Shown piece by piece: positions 36,801-48,349 of a DNA stretch of 64,000 nt. Source of the DNA: Heptranchias perlo (lineage: Eukaryota). A program made the translations under genes and the position numbers. Position 1 is the stretch's first letter. Each line of letters begins with the position of its first letter. The DNA is taken from NCBI RefSeq assembly GCF_035084215.1, contig NC_090327.1, forward strand, positions 50,220,001 through 50,284,000. Direction: 5' to 3'. The notes below the pieces were generated by a model, which saw only the letters and a program-made list of their open reading frames with translations, searched no databases and was not told the origin of the DNA.

Positions 36801-37088
36801 ATCACTAGATAAATTTAAAACAGAAATGGACAGTTTTCTAGAAGTAAAGGGAATTAGGGGTTATGGGGAGTGGGCAGGAAATTGGACATGAAGCTGAGTT
36901 CGGATCGGTCAATGCCCTGTGGGTGGCGGAGAGGGCCCAGGGGCTGAGTGGCCGGATCCTGCTCCTACTTCGTGTGTTCTTTAGTTTTGTGGTTGGGATC
37001 AGATCAGCCATGATCTTATTGAATGGCGGAGCAGGCTCGAGGGGCCGATTGGCCTACTCCTGCTCCTATTTCTTATGTTCTTATGTTC
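33880..37088 (+). mobile_element. Young CR1 LINE, 5'-truncated within ORF1, with complete ORF2 and 3' tail
   Basis: ORF1 C-terminus (HLGRAGTAVLGGVFASAVGEGLN*), then ORF2, then (tcttatgt)n tail; TSD taaaggt at 33873-33879 and 37089-37095. Confidence 0.95.
34036..36891 (+). CDS. CR1 ORF2: APE endonuclease plus reverse transcriptase, uninterrupted 951 aa
   Basis: EN motifs NARS, ITETW, GDFN, LDLVL, SDH; RT motifs YRPVSLTS, QHGF, LDFQKAFD, GVPQGSVLG, FADD. Confidence 0.93.
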   Translation: MLKKEKAGTKRHKTDLKVLYLNARSICNKMDELTAQITTYGYDLVAITETWLQADNDWELNMPGYLTIRKDRQEGRGGGVAMLIKEGITVIQINDIGTKHQDNETVWVEIRNNKGKKTLVGVVYRPPNSCNSAGRSINQEIVGACNKGTAIIMGDFNYHINWTNQIGQSSLEEEFIECIRDGFLEQYVTDPTRGQATLDLVLCNESGLINNVLVKDPLGTSDHNMVEFHIQLEGEKVDSQTSVLSLNKGDYDGMRAELIKVDWENRLKGKTVHEQWCSFRELFYNFQNKYIPLRKKGCKINDSHPWLSKEIKDSIRLKTRTYKVAKLSGRIEDWEFFKRQQKVTKGLIKKGKLDYEKKLAKNIKTDSRSFYSYIKRKRVAKANVGPLEDETGKLMVGNMEMAKMLNKYFVSVFTVEDTKNIPTLDKQGAIRGEELNTIKITQEMVLSKIKGLKADKSPGPDGLHPRVLREVAIGIVDALVIVFQNSLDSGEVPADWKTANVTPLFKKGSRQKAGNYRPVSLTSVVGKILESIIKETVTEHLDKHNLIGQSQHGFMKGKSCLTNLLEFFEDIMYRVDKGEPVDVVYLDFQKAFDKVPHKRLLLKIKNHGIGGNILAWVEDWLSNRRQRVGINGSFSDWQPVNSGVPQGSVLGPQLFTIYINDLEEGTECNISKFADDTKMGGKVESEEDIKNLQGDIDRLGEWAEIWQMQYNIGKCEVIHFGRKNQRASYFLNGERLESTAVQRDLGVLVQENQNVGMQVQQVIKKANGMLAFIARGIEYKNREVLLQLYKVLVRPHLEYCIQFWCPHLRKDILALEAVQRRFTRLIPGMRGWTYEERLSRLGLYSLEFRRMRGDLIETYKIVKGLDRVDAVRMFPKMGETRTRGHNLRIRGCSFKTEMRRNFFTQRVVGLWNLLPQEAVEATSLDKFKTEMDSFLEVKGIRGYGEWAGNWT

Positions 37089-37214
37089 TAAAGGTCACTG
37101 CAGCCCAGAATCTTTTTGCCTGGGGCTTCTTCTAGTCTGCTACTGGGGACATTGGTAACATCAACCAATCTATAGTTCGTACAAGGATAAAGCAGATGAC
37201 TTGTGTTGTGTACC

Positions 37215-38833
37215 ATAAGAACATAAGAAATAGGAGCAGGAGTAGGCCAATCGGCCCCTCGAGCCTGCTCCGCCATTCAATAAGATCATGGCTGATCTGA
37301 TCCTTACCTCAAATCTAAAGAACACAAGAAGTAGGAGCAGGACCCGGCCACTCAGCCCCTGGGCCCGCTCCACCACCCACAGGGCCTTGACCGATCCGAA
37401 CTCAGCTTCATGTCCAATTTCCTGCCCGCTCCCCGTTACCCCTAATTCCCTTTACTTCGCGGAAACTGTCTATTTCTGTTTTAAATTTATTTAATGATGT
37501 AGCTTCCACAGCTTCCTGGGGCAGCAAATTCCACAGACCTACTACCCTCTGAGTGAAGAAGTTACTCCTCATCTCAGTTTTGAAAGAGCAGCCCCTTATT
37601 CTAAGATTATGCCCCCTAGTTCTAGTTTCACCCATCCTTGGGAACATCCTTACTGCATCCACCCGATCAAGCCCCTTCACAATCTTATATGTTTCAATAA
37701 GATCGCCTCTCATTCTTCTGAACTCCAATGAGTAGAGTCCCAATCTACTCAACCTCTCCTCATATGTCCACCCCCTCATCCCCGGGATCAACCGAGTGAA
37801 CCTTCTTTGTACTGCCTCGAGAGCAAGTATGTCTTTTCTTAAGTATGGACGCCAAAACTGTATGCAGTATTCCAGCAATACCTCTCTGTTTTTATATTCT
37901 ATCCCCCTAGCAATAAAAGCCAACATTCCGTTGGCCTTCTTGATCAGCTGCTGCACCTGCATACTAACTTTTTGATTTTCTTGCACTCGGACCCCCAGAT
38001 CCCTTTGTACTGCAGTACTTTCCAGTTTCTCGCCATTAAGATAATAACTTGCTCTCTGATTTTTCCTGCCAAAGTGCATATCCTCACATTTTCCAACATT
38101 GTATTGCATCTGCCAAATCTCCGCCCACTCACTCAGCCTGTCTATATCCCCTTGTAGGTTTTTTATGTCCTCCTCACTCTCTACTTTCCCTCCCATCTTT
38201 GTATCATCTGCAAACTTTGATATGTTACACTCGGTCCCCTCCTCCAAATCGTTAATATAGATTGTAAAGAGTTGGGGACCCAGCACCGACCCCTGTGGAA
38301 CACCACTGGCTACTGGTTGCCAGTCCGAGAATGAACCATTTATCCCAACTCTCTGCTTCCTGTTAGATAACCAATCCTCCACCCATGCCAGAATATTACC
38401 CCCAATCCAGTTATTCTTTATCTTGAGCAATAATCTTTTATGTGGCACCTTGTCGAATGCCTTCTGGAAGTCTAAATACACTACGTCCACTGGTTCCCCT
38501 TTATCCACCCTGTACGTTATGTCCTCAAAGAACTCAAGCAAATTTGTCAGACATGACTTCCCCTTCATAAAGCCATGCTGACTTTGTCCTATTAAATTAT
38601 GTTTATCTAAATGTTCCATTACTGTCTCCTTAATAATAGACTCCAAAATTTTACCCACCACAGATGTTAGGCTAACTGGTCTATAATTTCCAGCCTTCTG
38701 CCTACTACCCTTTTTAAATAAGGGTGTTACATTAGCAGTTTTCCAATCTGCCGGGACCTTTGCTGAGTCCAGAGAATTTTGGAAAATTATTACCAAAGCA
38801 TCCACAATCCCTACTGCCACTTCCCTCAAGACC
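37215..38833 (-). mobile_element. CR1 of the same subfamily, 5'-truncated and inverted relative to 33880-37088
   Basis: 481-aa ORF nearly identical to the ORF2 RT half; in-frame 33-bp deletion (QLYKVLVRPHL); same double 3' tail. Confidence 0.95.
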
Positions 38834-38927
38834 AGAGTACAAAATTTCATCATTTACTCAATCGATAGCTGGAACCAGCAAGAGAGGGCCATGGATTTGC
38901 CCAAATTGGGGCACAAGTAGAAAGAGC

Positions 38928-41537
38928 CATAGAACCATAGAAAAGATACAGCACAGAAGGGGGCCATTCGGCCCATCGTGTCCGCCCCGGCTCGAAGAAC
39001 AACCAGGTGCCCATTCTAATCCCACTTTCCAGCACCCGGTCGGTCGCCCTGCAGCTTACAGCACTTTAGGTGTAGGTCCAGGTACTTTTAAAAAGAGTTG
39101 AGGGTCCCTTCCTCTACCACCAATTCAGGCAGCGAATTCCATACACCTACCACTCTGGGTAAAAACGTTTTTCCACATGTCCCCTCTAATCCTTCGGCCA
39201 ATCTATGTCCTCTAGTTCTTGAACTCTCCGCTAGGGGAAACAGGTCCTTCTGTCTACTCTATCTGGGCCCCTCATAATTTTGTGCACCTCAATCAAGTCA
39301 CCCCTCAGCCTTCTCTGCTCCAAGGAAAACAACCCCAGCCTATCCAATCTCGTAGCTGCAATTTTCAAGCCCTGGCAATATTCTTGTAAAACTTCTCTGC
39401 ACTCTCTCCAGAGCAATTACGTCCTTCCTGTAATGTGGTGACCAGAACTGCGCACAATACTCCAGCTGTGGCCTTACCTGCGTTTTATACAGTTCCATCA
39501 TTACATCCCTGCTTTTGTATTCTGTACCTCAGCTAATAACTGAGAGCATTCCGTATGCCTTCTTCACAACCTTATCTACCTGTACTGCCACCTTCAGGGA
39601 CCTGTGAACATGCACTCCAAGGTCTCTCACTTCCTCTACCCCTCTCAGTATATTCCCGTTTACTGCGTATTCCCTTTTACTGTTTGCCCTCCCTAAGTGC
39701 ATTACCTCACACTTCTCCGGGTTGAATTCCATTTGCCATTTTTCCGCCCGCTCCACCAACCCATTGATATCTTCTTGGAGTCTACAGCTATCCTCTACAC
39801 TATCAACTACACTGCCAATTTTTATGTCATCTGCAAATTTGCCAATCATGCCCCCTACATTCAAGTCCAAATCATTAATATATACCACAAACAGCAAGGG
39901 ACCCAACACTGAGCCCTGTGGCACACCACTGGAAACAGATTTCCATTCGCAAAGATATCCATCGACTTTTACCCTTTGTTTCCTGTTACTGAGCCAATTT
40001 TGGATCCAATTCGCCAGATTTCCCTGTATCCCATGGGCTTTTACCTTTCTGACCAGTCTGCCATGTGGGACCTTGTCAAATGCCTTACTAAAATCCATGT
40101 AGACAACATCCACTGCACTACCCTCATCAATCCTCCTTGTCACTTCCTGAAAGAATTCAATCAGATTTGTACGGCATGACCTTCCCTGAACAAATCCATG
40201 CTGACTATCCCTGATTAAACTATGCTTTTCTAAGTGATAGAATCAATACTGAGAGATAGGATAAACTAATAGTTCGCCCACCACCGAGGTAAGACTGACC
40301 GGCCTGTAATTGTTCGGCCTTTCCCTCGTATCCTTTTTAAACAACGGTGCTACGTTTGCAGTCTTCCAGTCCTCCGGTACCTCCCCTGTATCTAGTGAGG
40401 ACTGGAAAATGATCCTCCGAACATCCGCTATTTCCTCCCTGGCTTCCTTCAATAGCCTAGGAAACAATCCATCCGACCCTGGTGACTTATCAACTTTCAA
40501 GGATTCCAGTCACTCTAGTACTTCCTCTCTCGTTATATTTACCTTATCCAGTATTTCACACCTCTCCTTTCGAACTACTACGTCCGGATCATCCCTTTCC
40601 ACTGTGAATACGGAGACAAAATATTCATTTAAAACCCGACCCACATCCTCTGCTTCTACACACAAGTTACCCTTATCATCCCTGATAGGTCCCACCTTTT
40701 CTTTAGCTATCCTCTTGTTCTTAATGTTGTGATAAAAATCTTTGAGTTTTGTTTAATCTTACTAGCCAATATTTTTTCATGTCCTCTTTTTGCTTTCCTT
40801 TACATCATCCCTGTACTTTCTATACTTCTCTAGGCTTTCTGCAGTATTTAGTTTTCTGTGACAGTCACAAGCTTTCTTTTTCTGCTTTATCTTGCCCCGT
40901 ATACTTCCGGACAACCAGGGGCTCTAAATTTGGCAGTGCCACCCTTTTTCTTTGAGGGGACGTGTCTGCATTGTACCCGTAGAATTTCACTTTTTAGTGC
41001 CTCCCACTGATTTCTCTTCAAGTAGTTGTGTCCAGTCTACTGCCAAATCACCTCTTATTTCTATAAAATTTGCCTTCCCCCAATTTAAAATTTTTACTCC
41101 TGATTTAACTCTCCTTTTCCATAATAATGCTAAAACTAACTGAATTGTGGTCACTATCCCCAATGTGGTCACCCACTGTCACTTCACCCACTTGCCCATC
41201 TTCATTTCCCAGGACTAAATCTGGAATTGCATCCCCTCTTGTTGGGCTTGTCACGTACTGGCTAAAAAAGTTCTCCTGGACACCGATCAAGAATTTTGCG
41301 CCTTCTGTGCCCCTCACACTGTTTGAATCCCAGTTGATGTTAGGGTAGTTGAAGTCCCCTACAATTATTGCCCTCTTATTTTTGCACTCAGAAATTTGCC
41401 TGCATATTTGGTTCTTCTATCTCCCTTTCGCTATTCGGGGGTCTATAGTACACTCCTAGTAGTGTGACTGCCCCTTTTTTATTTCTTAGCTCAACCTATA
41501 TGGCCTCGATTGATGATCCATTGAGCATATCATCCCA
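38928..41537 (-). mobile_element. Degenerate CR1 LINE (EN-RT-3' tail)
   Basis: Frameshifted ORF2 fragments (41105-41317, 40243-40695, 39529-40143); (ttctatgg)n tail; same subfamily as 20163-21118. Confidence 0.92.
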
Positions 41538-41964
41538 AGTACTGACATTTTAATTAATTTTACTTGTTCAATATTAGAAGCTGTTTAAATTTGTTTCTTT
41601 GGTACCTTCCTTGCTTTGGACGGGTTTAAGCTGGTAATAGGTAATTGGTTACATAAGTGGTGAGATTTGCTTTTCTCTAATTAGCTGTTTTTCCTGTGGC
41701 AGTTGGGCTATTGTGTAAGTTAAGAGTATAAATTTGAGCTGAGTTGCAAGAGGCCAGAGTTGAGCCATAGATAGAGCTCAGTCTTCAAGTCAGTTGGACA
41801 GAAGACTTCTTTTTCTACAATTTAATACGTGTGTGAAGTGAATAAGCAGAGTTTGATTCTGAGTTTGGTGCTATTGCGAGTGCAGGTGAACACAATCTAC
41901 ATATGTAAGTTAGACGCAGAGGGCTGGTAGTGTAGGGAATCCTCGTGGTGTGTGTGCAGTGTGA

Positions 41965-42480
41965 TATTGTGGATATGAACATACGAAAAAGACCAGCTGG
42001 TCCATCTAGCCTGCCTCGTTTAGTCATGTTGCAACTAAGCATCATGACCGTTATTGCTCCCCACCCACCAGCAGCCGTGTCATCTCCTGGGAGAGCAAGA
42101 AAAAAATGATTTAAAAAACCGTAAGCAATCTGAGGAAAAAAGAATTCTGTGAAATTCCTCTCCAACCCCCGAAAGCAATCAAAAACAAGTTCCAGGAGAT
42201 GGCAGTGACTACTAGGTAAACCTACCTTTTTGTATGCAGCAATATCAGCTTCCTCCAGGAATTTGCCCAGCTCCCCTTTGAACATCAGCAGTGAGTCAAC
42301 AACTTATTCCAATGGTCCATACTCTCTGTGAAAAGAAAAATCTCCTGACATCTAACCTGGTTCTGTGCTTATGTAACTATTACGCATATCCCATCGTTCT
42401 CCCTAACTACATGGACACAGTCCAGTCCTTTGATCGTTTTAAATACTTCATCAAATCACTTAAGTGTACGCTTTTCTAGA
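41965..42480 (-). mobile_element. Old CR1-like 3' end
   Basis: ORF 41815-42285 begins FKGELGKFLEE; RNFFSQRV-like remnant upstream on the minus strand. Confidence 0.55.
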
Positions 42481-42718
42481 GTAAGAAGAGCCTGTAGATA
42501 GTTTAGATCCTCAGGCCAGAACATTCATGGTGTTTTCTCCACTTAAATCTTTTGCAAATAAGGTAAACTTTACAAAAGGAATCCATTCAAGAATTTTATG
42601 GGTTCCTAGTTGTAAATCAGCAACACAAACTGGTGTAAAGTTACAGAAGTTAAGCTGTTGATTTTCTCAAATGTACAAATGGACACAATCGTTACTGAAT
42701 TGAAGTTGTTACTTGCAG

Positions 42719-42874
42719 AATGAGCGTGTGTATTTTCAAGTTTTTTTGCCAAGAGGAAGCAAAGAGAAAAGCAAACCAATGTTCTTCTGTTCCAAATGGA
42801 GTATTGGAAAAATGGTGGATAATGCAGCTTCACTGTTGAACCTAAGAAATGACAACAATATTTTGACATCTAAG
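42719..42874 (+). CDS. ZFAND1: ZFAND1 coding exon 7
   Basis: NERVYFQVFLPRGSKEKSKPMFFCSKWSIGKMVDNAASLLNLRNDNNILTSK (ubiquitin-like domain); ttgcag / gtaaca; 156 bp. Confidence 0.94.
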
Positions 42875-43087
42875 GTAACATTTGATAAAATATAAAAATT
42901 TTGCATTTACCGTCTGTATACATGTACCATTCTGTGGCTTATGTCCATTATTTAGCTAGCATGTCATATATTAATCTATTTTGTGTTGCTAAGTCAGGTT
43001 TGTCCATAGTTTCAAATAGCAAAACTAACAATAAAAGGTGGTGCAGTGAGCTGGAGCACAGATGACATTCTCCTGTCCTGTTGAGCT

Positions 43088-43640
43088 CAACAACAACTAC
43101 TTACATTTATATAGCACCTTTTAATGTAGTAAAACATCCCAAGGTGCTTCACAGGCACGTTAATAGACAAAATTTGACATGAGCCGCATAAGGAGATATT
43201 AGGACAGGTGACCAAAAGTTTGGACAAAGAGATAGGTTTTATGGAGAGTCTTGGAGGAGGAGAGAGATGTAGAGATGCAAAGAGATTTAGGGAGGGAATT
43301 CCAGAGCTTAGGACCTAGGCAGCTGAAGGCATGGCCACCAATGGAGAGGCGAAGGAAATCAGGGATGCACAAGAAGTCGGAATCAGAGGATCGTAGGGCC
43401 GGAGGAGGTTACAGAGATAGGGAGGGTCGAGGCCATGGAGGGATTTGAACACATGGGTGAGAATTTTAAATTTGAGACGTTGCTGGACCGGAAGCCAGTG
43501 TAGGTCAGTGAGCCCAGGGGTGATGGGTGAACGGGACTTCGAGCGAGTTAGGATACGGGCAGCAGAGTTTTGGATGAGATGAAGTTTACGGAGGGTGGGT
43601 GGAAAATGGGAGGCTGGCCAGGAGAGCATTGGAACAGTCA
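43088..43640 (-). mobile_element. L2 LINE 3' fragment
   Basis: LHLIQNSAARILTRSKSRSPITPGLTDLHWLPVQQRLKFKIL, typical L2 ORF2 C-terminus. Confidence 0.88.
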
Positions 43641-44554
43641 AGTCTGAAGTCTGAATATCTACTTCCACATGTGGGGAGATGCTGAAAAGAGAAGTTTTTT
43701 TTTCCCCCAAGCCTCTCTTGCTTGTCTTCTGGCAGCCAAATAAGAGTGACATGGCCCTAGAACTAGGCTGCATATCCTATTCTCGTAAAGAGGGGGAAAT
43801 GAAGGTAACATAAAAGTAAATAAATGTTTTTTAAAAAATTGGTTTGATGAAACACTATGTATAATGTTACTGCTTGATATTTTAAAGTCAAAAATAGGAA
43901 GAACAGTAAAGAAAGAGGATCCTGCTGAGGATTTAGATCAGTTATGCCATTGGGCAGATAAATGTAAAGTATGCATAGATTTGTTTTTAAAGGTGGGAAA
44001 TGGGCTTACAATGAATTAGCACATGGAGAGCTAGGGAGAGGCATTGAAACAGTAGTAGACATACCACTTTTCATGTTGTGACAACGTGGCAAAACATTAC
44101 AAGACTACAGAAGTTATGCTACGGCTTTACAAAAAAGTAATGTTTGCAGTAAAAAGGGTGCAGAAAAGAGCAACGCGACTGATCCCAGGTGCAACGGGGA
44201 TGAGCTAAGCGGAAAGATTAGCGAAAATGAAGCGCTACAGTTAAGAGGTTGATTAAGGGGAATACTTATTAAAATATATAAAATATTAACTTGTAAATAA
44301 GGTAAACAAATTACTTCAAAATATACCAAGAAAGTAGGATTGGAGGACAAAAATGGAAATTAGTGAAAAGTAAATTTACCATGATCTGAAGAAAACCATT
44401 TTTGCTTAAAAAGTGGAAATGTTTTGGAATAATCAAGCAAGGTGATAAAGACAAAAATATTGCTGCCATGATGAGACAGGTAGTGTACTTCAATAGGACA
44501 AATTACTTTTTGCATCCCTACCTCTTTTTATGCTCTTTTTCTTTAATTCCCCAG

Positions 44555-44725
44555 AAACTGAGACTGTGTCACAGTGAATCAGGAAGTGTATTGCCCATGG
44601 ACCATACTTTGGAATTGTGGATGACAAGTACCGACTGTCCACTGAACAATGGGGGAACAATTATCCTTGAATATTTAGACAATGATTGTGTAACATTAGA
44701 AAGCACAAACTCATACACGGATTGA
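44555..44725 (+). CDS. ZFAND1: ZFAND1 coding exon 8 (stop)
   Basis: Strong polypyrimidine acceptor; KLRLCHSESGSVLPMDHTLE...GGTIILEYLD...*; total CDS 804 bp; candidate ATTAAA polyA signal at 44883. Confidence 0.94.
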   Translation, partial: KLRLCHSESGSVLPMDHTLELWMTSTDCPLNNGGTIILEYLDNDCVTLESTNSYTD

Positions 44726-45017
44726 CGGTTACTAAAATGAACAAAACCTAATGATCACATTTTAATAGGAAAGTACTCTGAAGAAAATACATTCTGTTGA
44801 TGTGTACATTGATGTATTATAACCTTGTCAGAAAATGCTGTGTAAATAGTGTACCCTTTTTGTATTATCAAAATTGTGTTTAATTAAAATTTAATTTGGA
44901 AGCCTTAAACAATCTGTCCAAGAACATTGTTACCTACTTCATGGGTTACAATTTAGCTGAATTTGAACTGATCATATTTAGAGTTGAAATGTATTTCCAG
45001 AAATGATCTCTTCTGTC

Positions 45018-45217
45018 TTCATGGGATGTGGACGTCGCTGGCGAGGCCAGCATTTATTGCCCATCCCTAGTTTCCCTTGAGAAGGTGGTGGTGAGCCGCC
45101 GCCTTGAACCGCTGCAATCTATGTGGTGAAGGTTCTCCCATAGTGCTGTTGGGTAGGGAGTTCCAGGATTTTGACCCGGCGACGATGAAGGAATGGCGAT
45201 ATATTTCCAAGTCGGGA
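45018..45217 (-). mobile_element. CR1-Zenon-like 3' fragment
   Basis: Reverse complement of about 47745-47937. Confidence 0.85.
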
Positions 45218-45294
45218 AATTTTTTGCCATTATTTTAGTTTACTTTTTAATTCCACTTTAGTTTGCCCCCTGTGTTATGGGGTATATTTAACTA

Positions 45295-45512
45295 ATAGTT
45301 ATGGTACTGGACTAGCAACCTAGAGGTCATGAGTTTAAATCCCACCAAGCTCTGAAACTGGTATCAATAAATCTGATCATTTATGGTCTGGCACCAGGAA
45401 AATGACCATGAAAGCTGATGGATATTTGTAAAAACTGGGTCACTAATTTCCTTCAGGGAAGGAAACCTGCTGCCCCTACCTGGTTTGACATGCATGTGAT
45501 TCTAGTCCTACA
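45295..45512 (+). mobile_element. tRNA-derived SINE fragment
   Basis: ggtactggactagcaacctagaggtcatgagtttaaatccc head with B-box-like sequence. Confidence 0.5.
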
Positions 45513-45539
45513 CTGAATTTAAACTAGTGAACGTTCTCT

Positions 45540-47950
45540 GGGTGGGGGACGTCAATGTTCATCATCAAGAGTGGCTCGGTAGCACCACGACTGACCGATC
45601 TGGCTGAGTCCTGAAGGACATAGCTGCCAGACTGGGCCTGCAGCAGGTGGTGAGCGAATCAACATGGGGGAAGAACCTACTTGACCTCATCCTCACCAAT
45701 CTACCTGTCGCAGATGCATCTGTCCATGACAGTATTGGTAGGAGTAACCACCGCACAGTCCTCGTGGAGACGAAGTCCCGTCTTCGCACTGAGGAACACC
45801 ATCCAACATGTGTGGCACTACCACCATGCTAAATGGGATAGATTCAAAACTGGGCATTCACGAGGTGCTGTGGGCCATCAGCAGCAGCAGCAGATTTGTA
45901 TTCCAGCACAATCTATAACCTCATGGCCTGGCATATTCCTCACTCTACCACTACCAACAAGCCAGGGGATCAACCCTGGTTCAATGAGTGTTGCAGAGTA
46001 TGCCAGGAGCAGCACCAGGCGTACCTAAAAATGAGGTGCCAACCTGGTGAAGCTACAACAGAGGACTTAGGTGCATGCTAAACAGCAGAAGCAACATACT
46101 ATAGACAGAGCTAAGTGATTCCACAACTAATGGATCAGATCAAAGCTCTGCAGTCCTGCCAGTTGTGAATGGTGATGGACAATTAAACAACTAACGGGAG
46201 GATGAAGCTATCCTGAATGATGGCAGAGTCCAGCACATGAGTGTAAAAGACAAGGCTGAGGCGTTTGCAACCATCTTCAGCCGAGTGGATGATCCAGTTC
46301 GACCTCCTCCCGAAATCCCCACCATCACAGAAGCCAGTCTTCAGCCAATTCGATTCACTCCACGTGATATCAAGAAATGGCTGAGTGCACTGGATACAGC
46401 AACGGCTATGGGCCCCAACAACATCCCGGCTGTACTGCTGAAGATTTGTGCTCCAGAACTAGCCGCGCCTCTAGCCAAACTGTTTCAGTACAGCTACATC
46501 ACTGGCATCTACCCGACAATGTGGAAAATTGTCCAGGTATGTCCTGTTCACAAAAAGCAGGACAAATCCAATCCGGCCAATTACCGCCCCATCAGACTAC
46601 TCTCAATCATCAGCAAAGTGATGGAAGGTGTCGTCGACAGTGCTATCAAGCGGCACTTACCAATAACCTGCCCACCGATGCTCAGTTTGGATTCCGCCTG
46701 GACCACTCGGCTTCAGACCTCATTACAGCCTTGGTCCAATCATGGACAAAAGAGCTGAATTCCAGAGGTGTGTTGAGAGTAACTGCCCTTGATGTCAAGG
46801 CAGCATTTGACCGAGTGTGGCACCAAGGAGCCCTAGTAAAATTGAAGTCAATGGGAATCGGGGAAAACTCTCCAGTGGCTGGAGTCATACCTAGCACAAA
46901 GGAAGATGGCAGTGATTGTCGGAGGCCAATCATCTCAGCCCCAGGACATTGCTGCAGGAGTTACTCAGGGCAGTGTCCTAGGCCCAACCATCTTCAGCTG
47001 CTTCATCAATGACCTTCCCTCCTTCATAAGGTCAGAAATGGGGATGTTTGCTGATGATTGCACAGTGTTCAGTTCCATTCGCAACCCCTCAGATAATGAA
47101 GCAGTCCGTGCCTGCATGAAGCAAGACCTGGACAACATCCAGGCTTGGGCTGATAAGTGGCAAGTAACATTCGCGCCAGACAAGTGCCAGGCAACGACCA
47201 TCTCCTACAGGAGAGAATCTAACCACTTCCCCTTGACATTCAACGGCATTACCATCGCCGAATCCCCCACCATCAACATCTTGAGGGTCACCATTGACCA
47301 GAAACTTAACTGGACCAGCCACATAAATACTGTGGCTACAAGAGCAGGTCAGAAGCTGGGTATTCTGTGGCGAGTGACTCACCTCCTGACTCCCCAAAGC
47401 CTTTCCACCATCTACAAGGCACAAGTCAGGAGTATGATGGAATACTCTCCACTTGCCTAGATGAATGCAGCTCCAACAACACTCAAGAAGCTCGACACTA
47501 TCCAGGACAAAGCAGCCCGCTTGATTGGCACCCCATCCACCACCCTAAACATTCACTCCCTCCACCATCGGCGCACAGTGGCTGCAGTGTGTACCATCCA
47601 CAGGATGCACTGCAGCAACTCGCCAAGGCTTCTTCGACAGCACCTCCCAAACCCACGACTTCTACCACCTAGAAGGACAAGGACAGCAGGCACACGGGAA
47701 CAACACCACCTGCACGTTCCCCTCCAAGTCACACACCATCCTGACTTGGAAATATATTGCCATTCCTTCATCGTCGCTGGGTCAAAATCCTGGAACTCCC
47801 TTCCTAACAGCACTGTGGGAGAACCTTCACCACACGGACTGCAACTGTTCAAGAAGGCGGCTCACCACCACCTTCTCAAGGGCAATTAGGGATGGGCAAT
47901 AAATGCTGGCCTCGCCAGCAACGCCCACATCCCATGAACAAATAAAAAAA
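45540..47950 (+). mobile_element. CR1-Zenon-like LINE, about 2.4 kb, frameshifted
   Basis: KPGDQPWFN, APELAAPLAKLF, NYRPI, ALDVKAAFDRVWH, QGSVLGP, FADD, YKAQVRS, HHRRTVA; tail gggcaattagggatgggcaataaatgctggcc. Confidence 0.85.
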
Positions 47951-48128
47951 AGAATGATTTTAAACTGCCATCATATGGTTTTTCCCCACAAGTCATTTGA
48001 AGAATCTTTCTGCACTCTTAAATTCTGGAATATGATTAAAATTTTAGATACATTTTGTCTTTGTGTGGTATTTAGTTGCAGAGATGGTTATAATGGATAG
48101 GTATCTCAGCACTGGTTTCACTGATATA

Positions 48129-48349
48129 TTGTAAACAATTTTACAACACCAAGTTATAGTCCAGCAATTTTATTTTAAATTCACAAGCTTTCGGAGGCTT
48201 TCTCCTTCCTCAGGTGAACGATGTGGGAAGGAGGAAGGAGAAAGCCTCCGAAAGCTTGTGAATTTAAAATAAAATTGCTGGACTATAACTTGGTGTTGTA
48301 AAATTGTTTACAATTGTCAACCCCAGTCCATCACCGGCATCTCCACATC
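48129..48349. mobile_element. Fold-back Penelope-type mini-element, family B, copy 2 (opposite orientation)
   Basis: Same arms and tail as 22302-22500; 12-bp TSD ttcactgatata at 48117-48128 and 48350-48361. Confidence 0.87.
48180..48218 (-). ncRNA. Minimal type-I hammerhead ribozyme-like motif
   Basis: UUCAC-CUGAGGA-A-GGAG(AAAGC)CUCC-GAAA-GC-UU-GUGAA. Confidence 0.65.
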
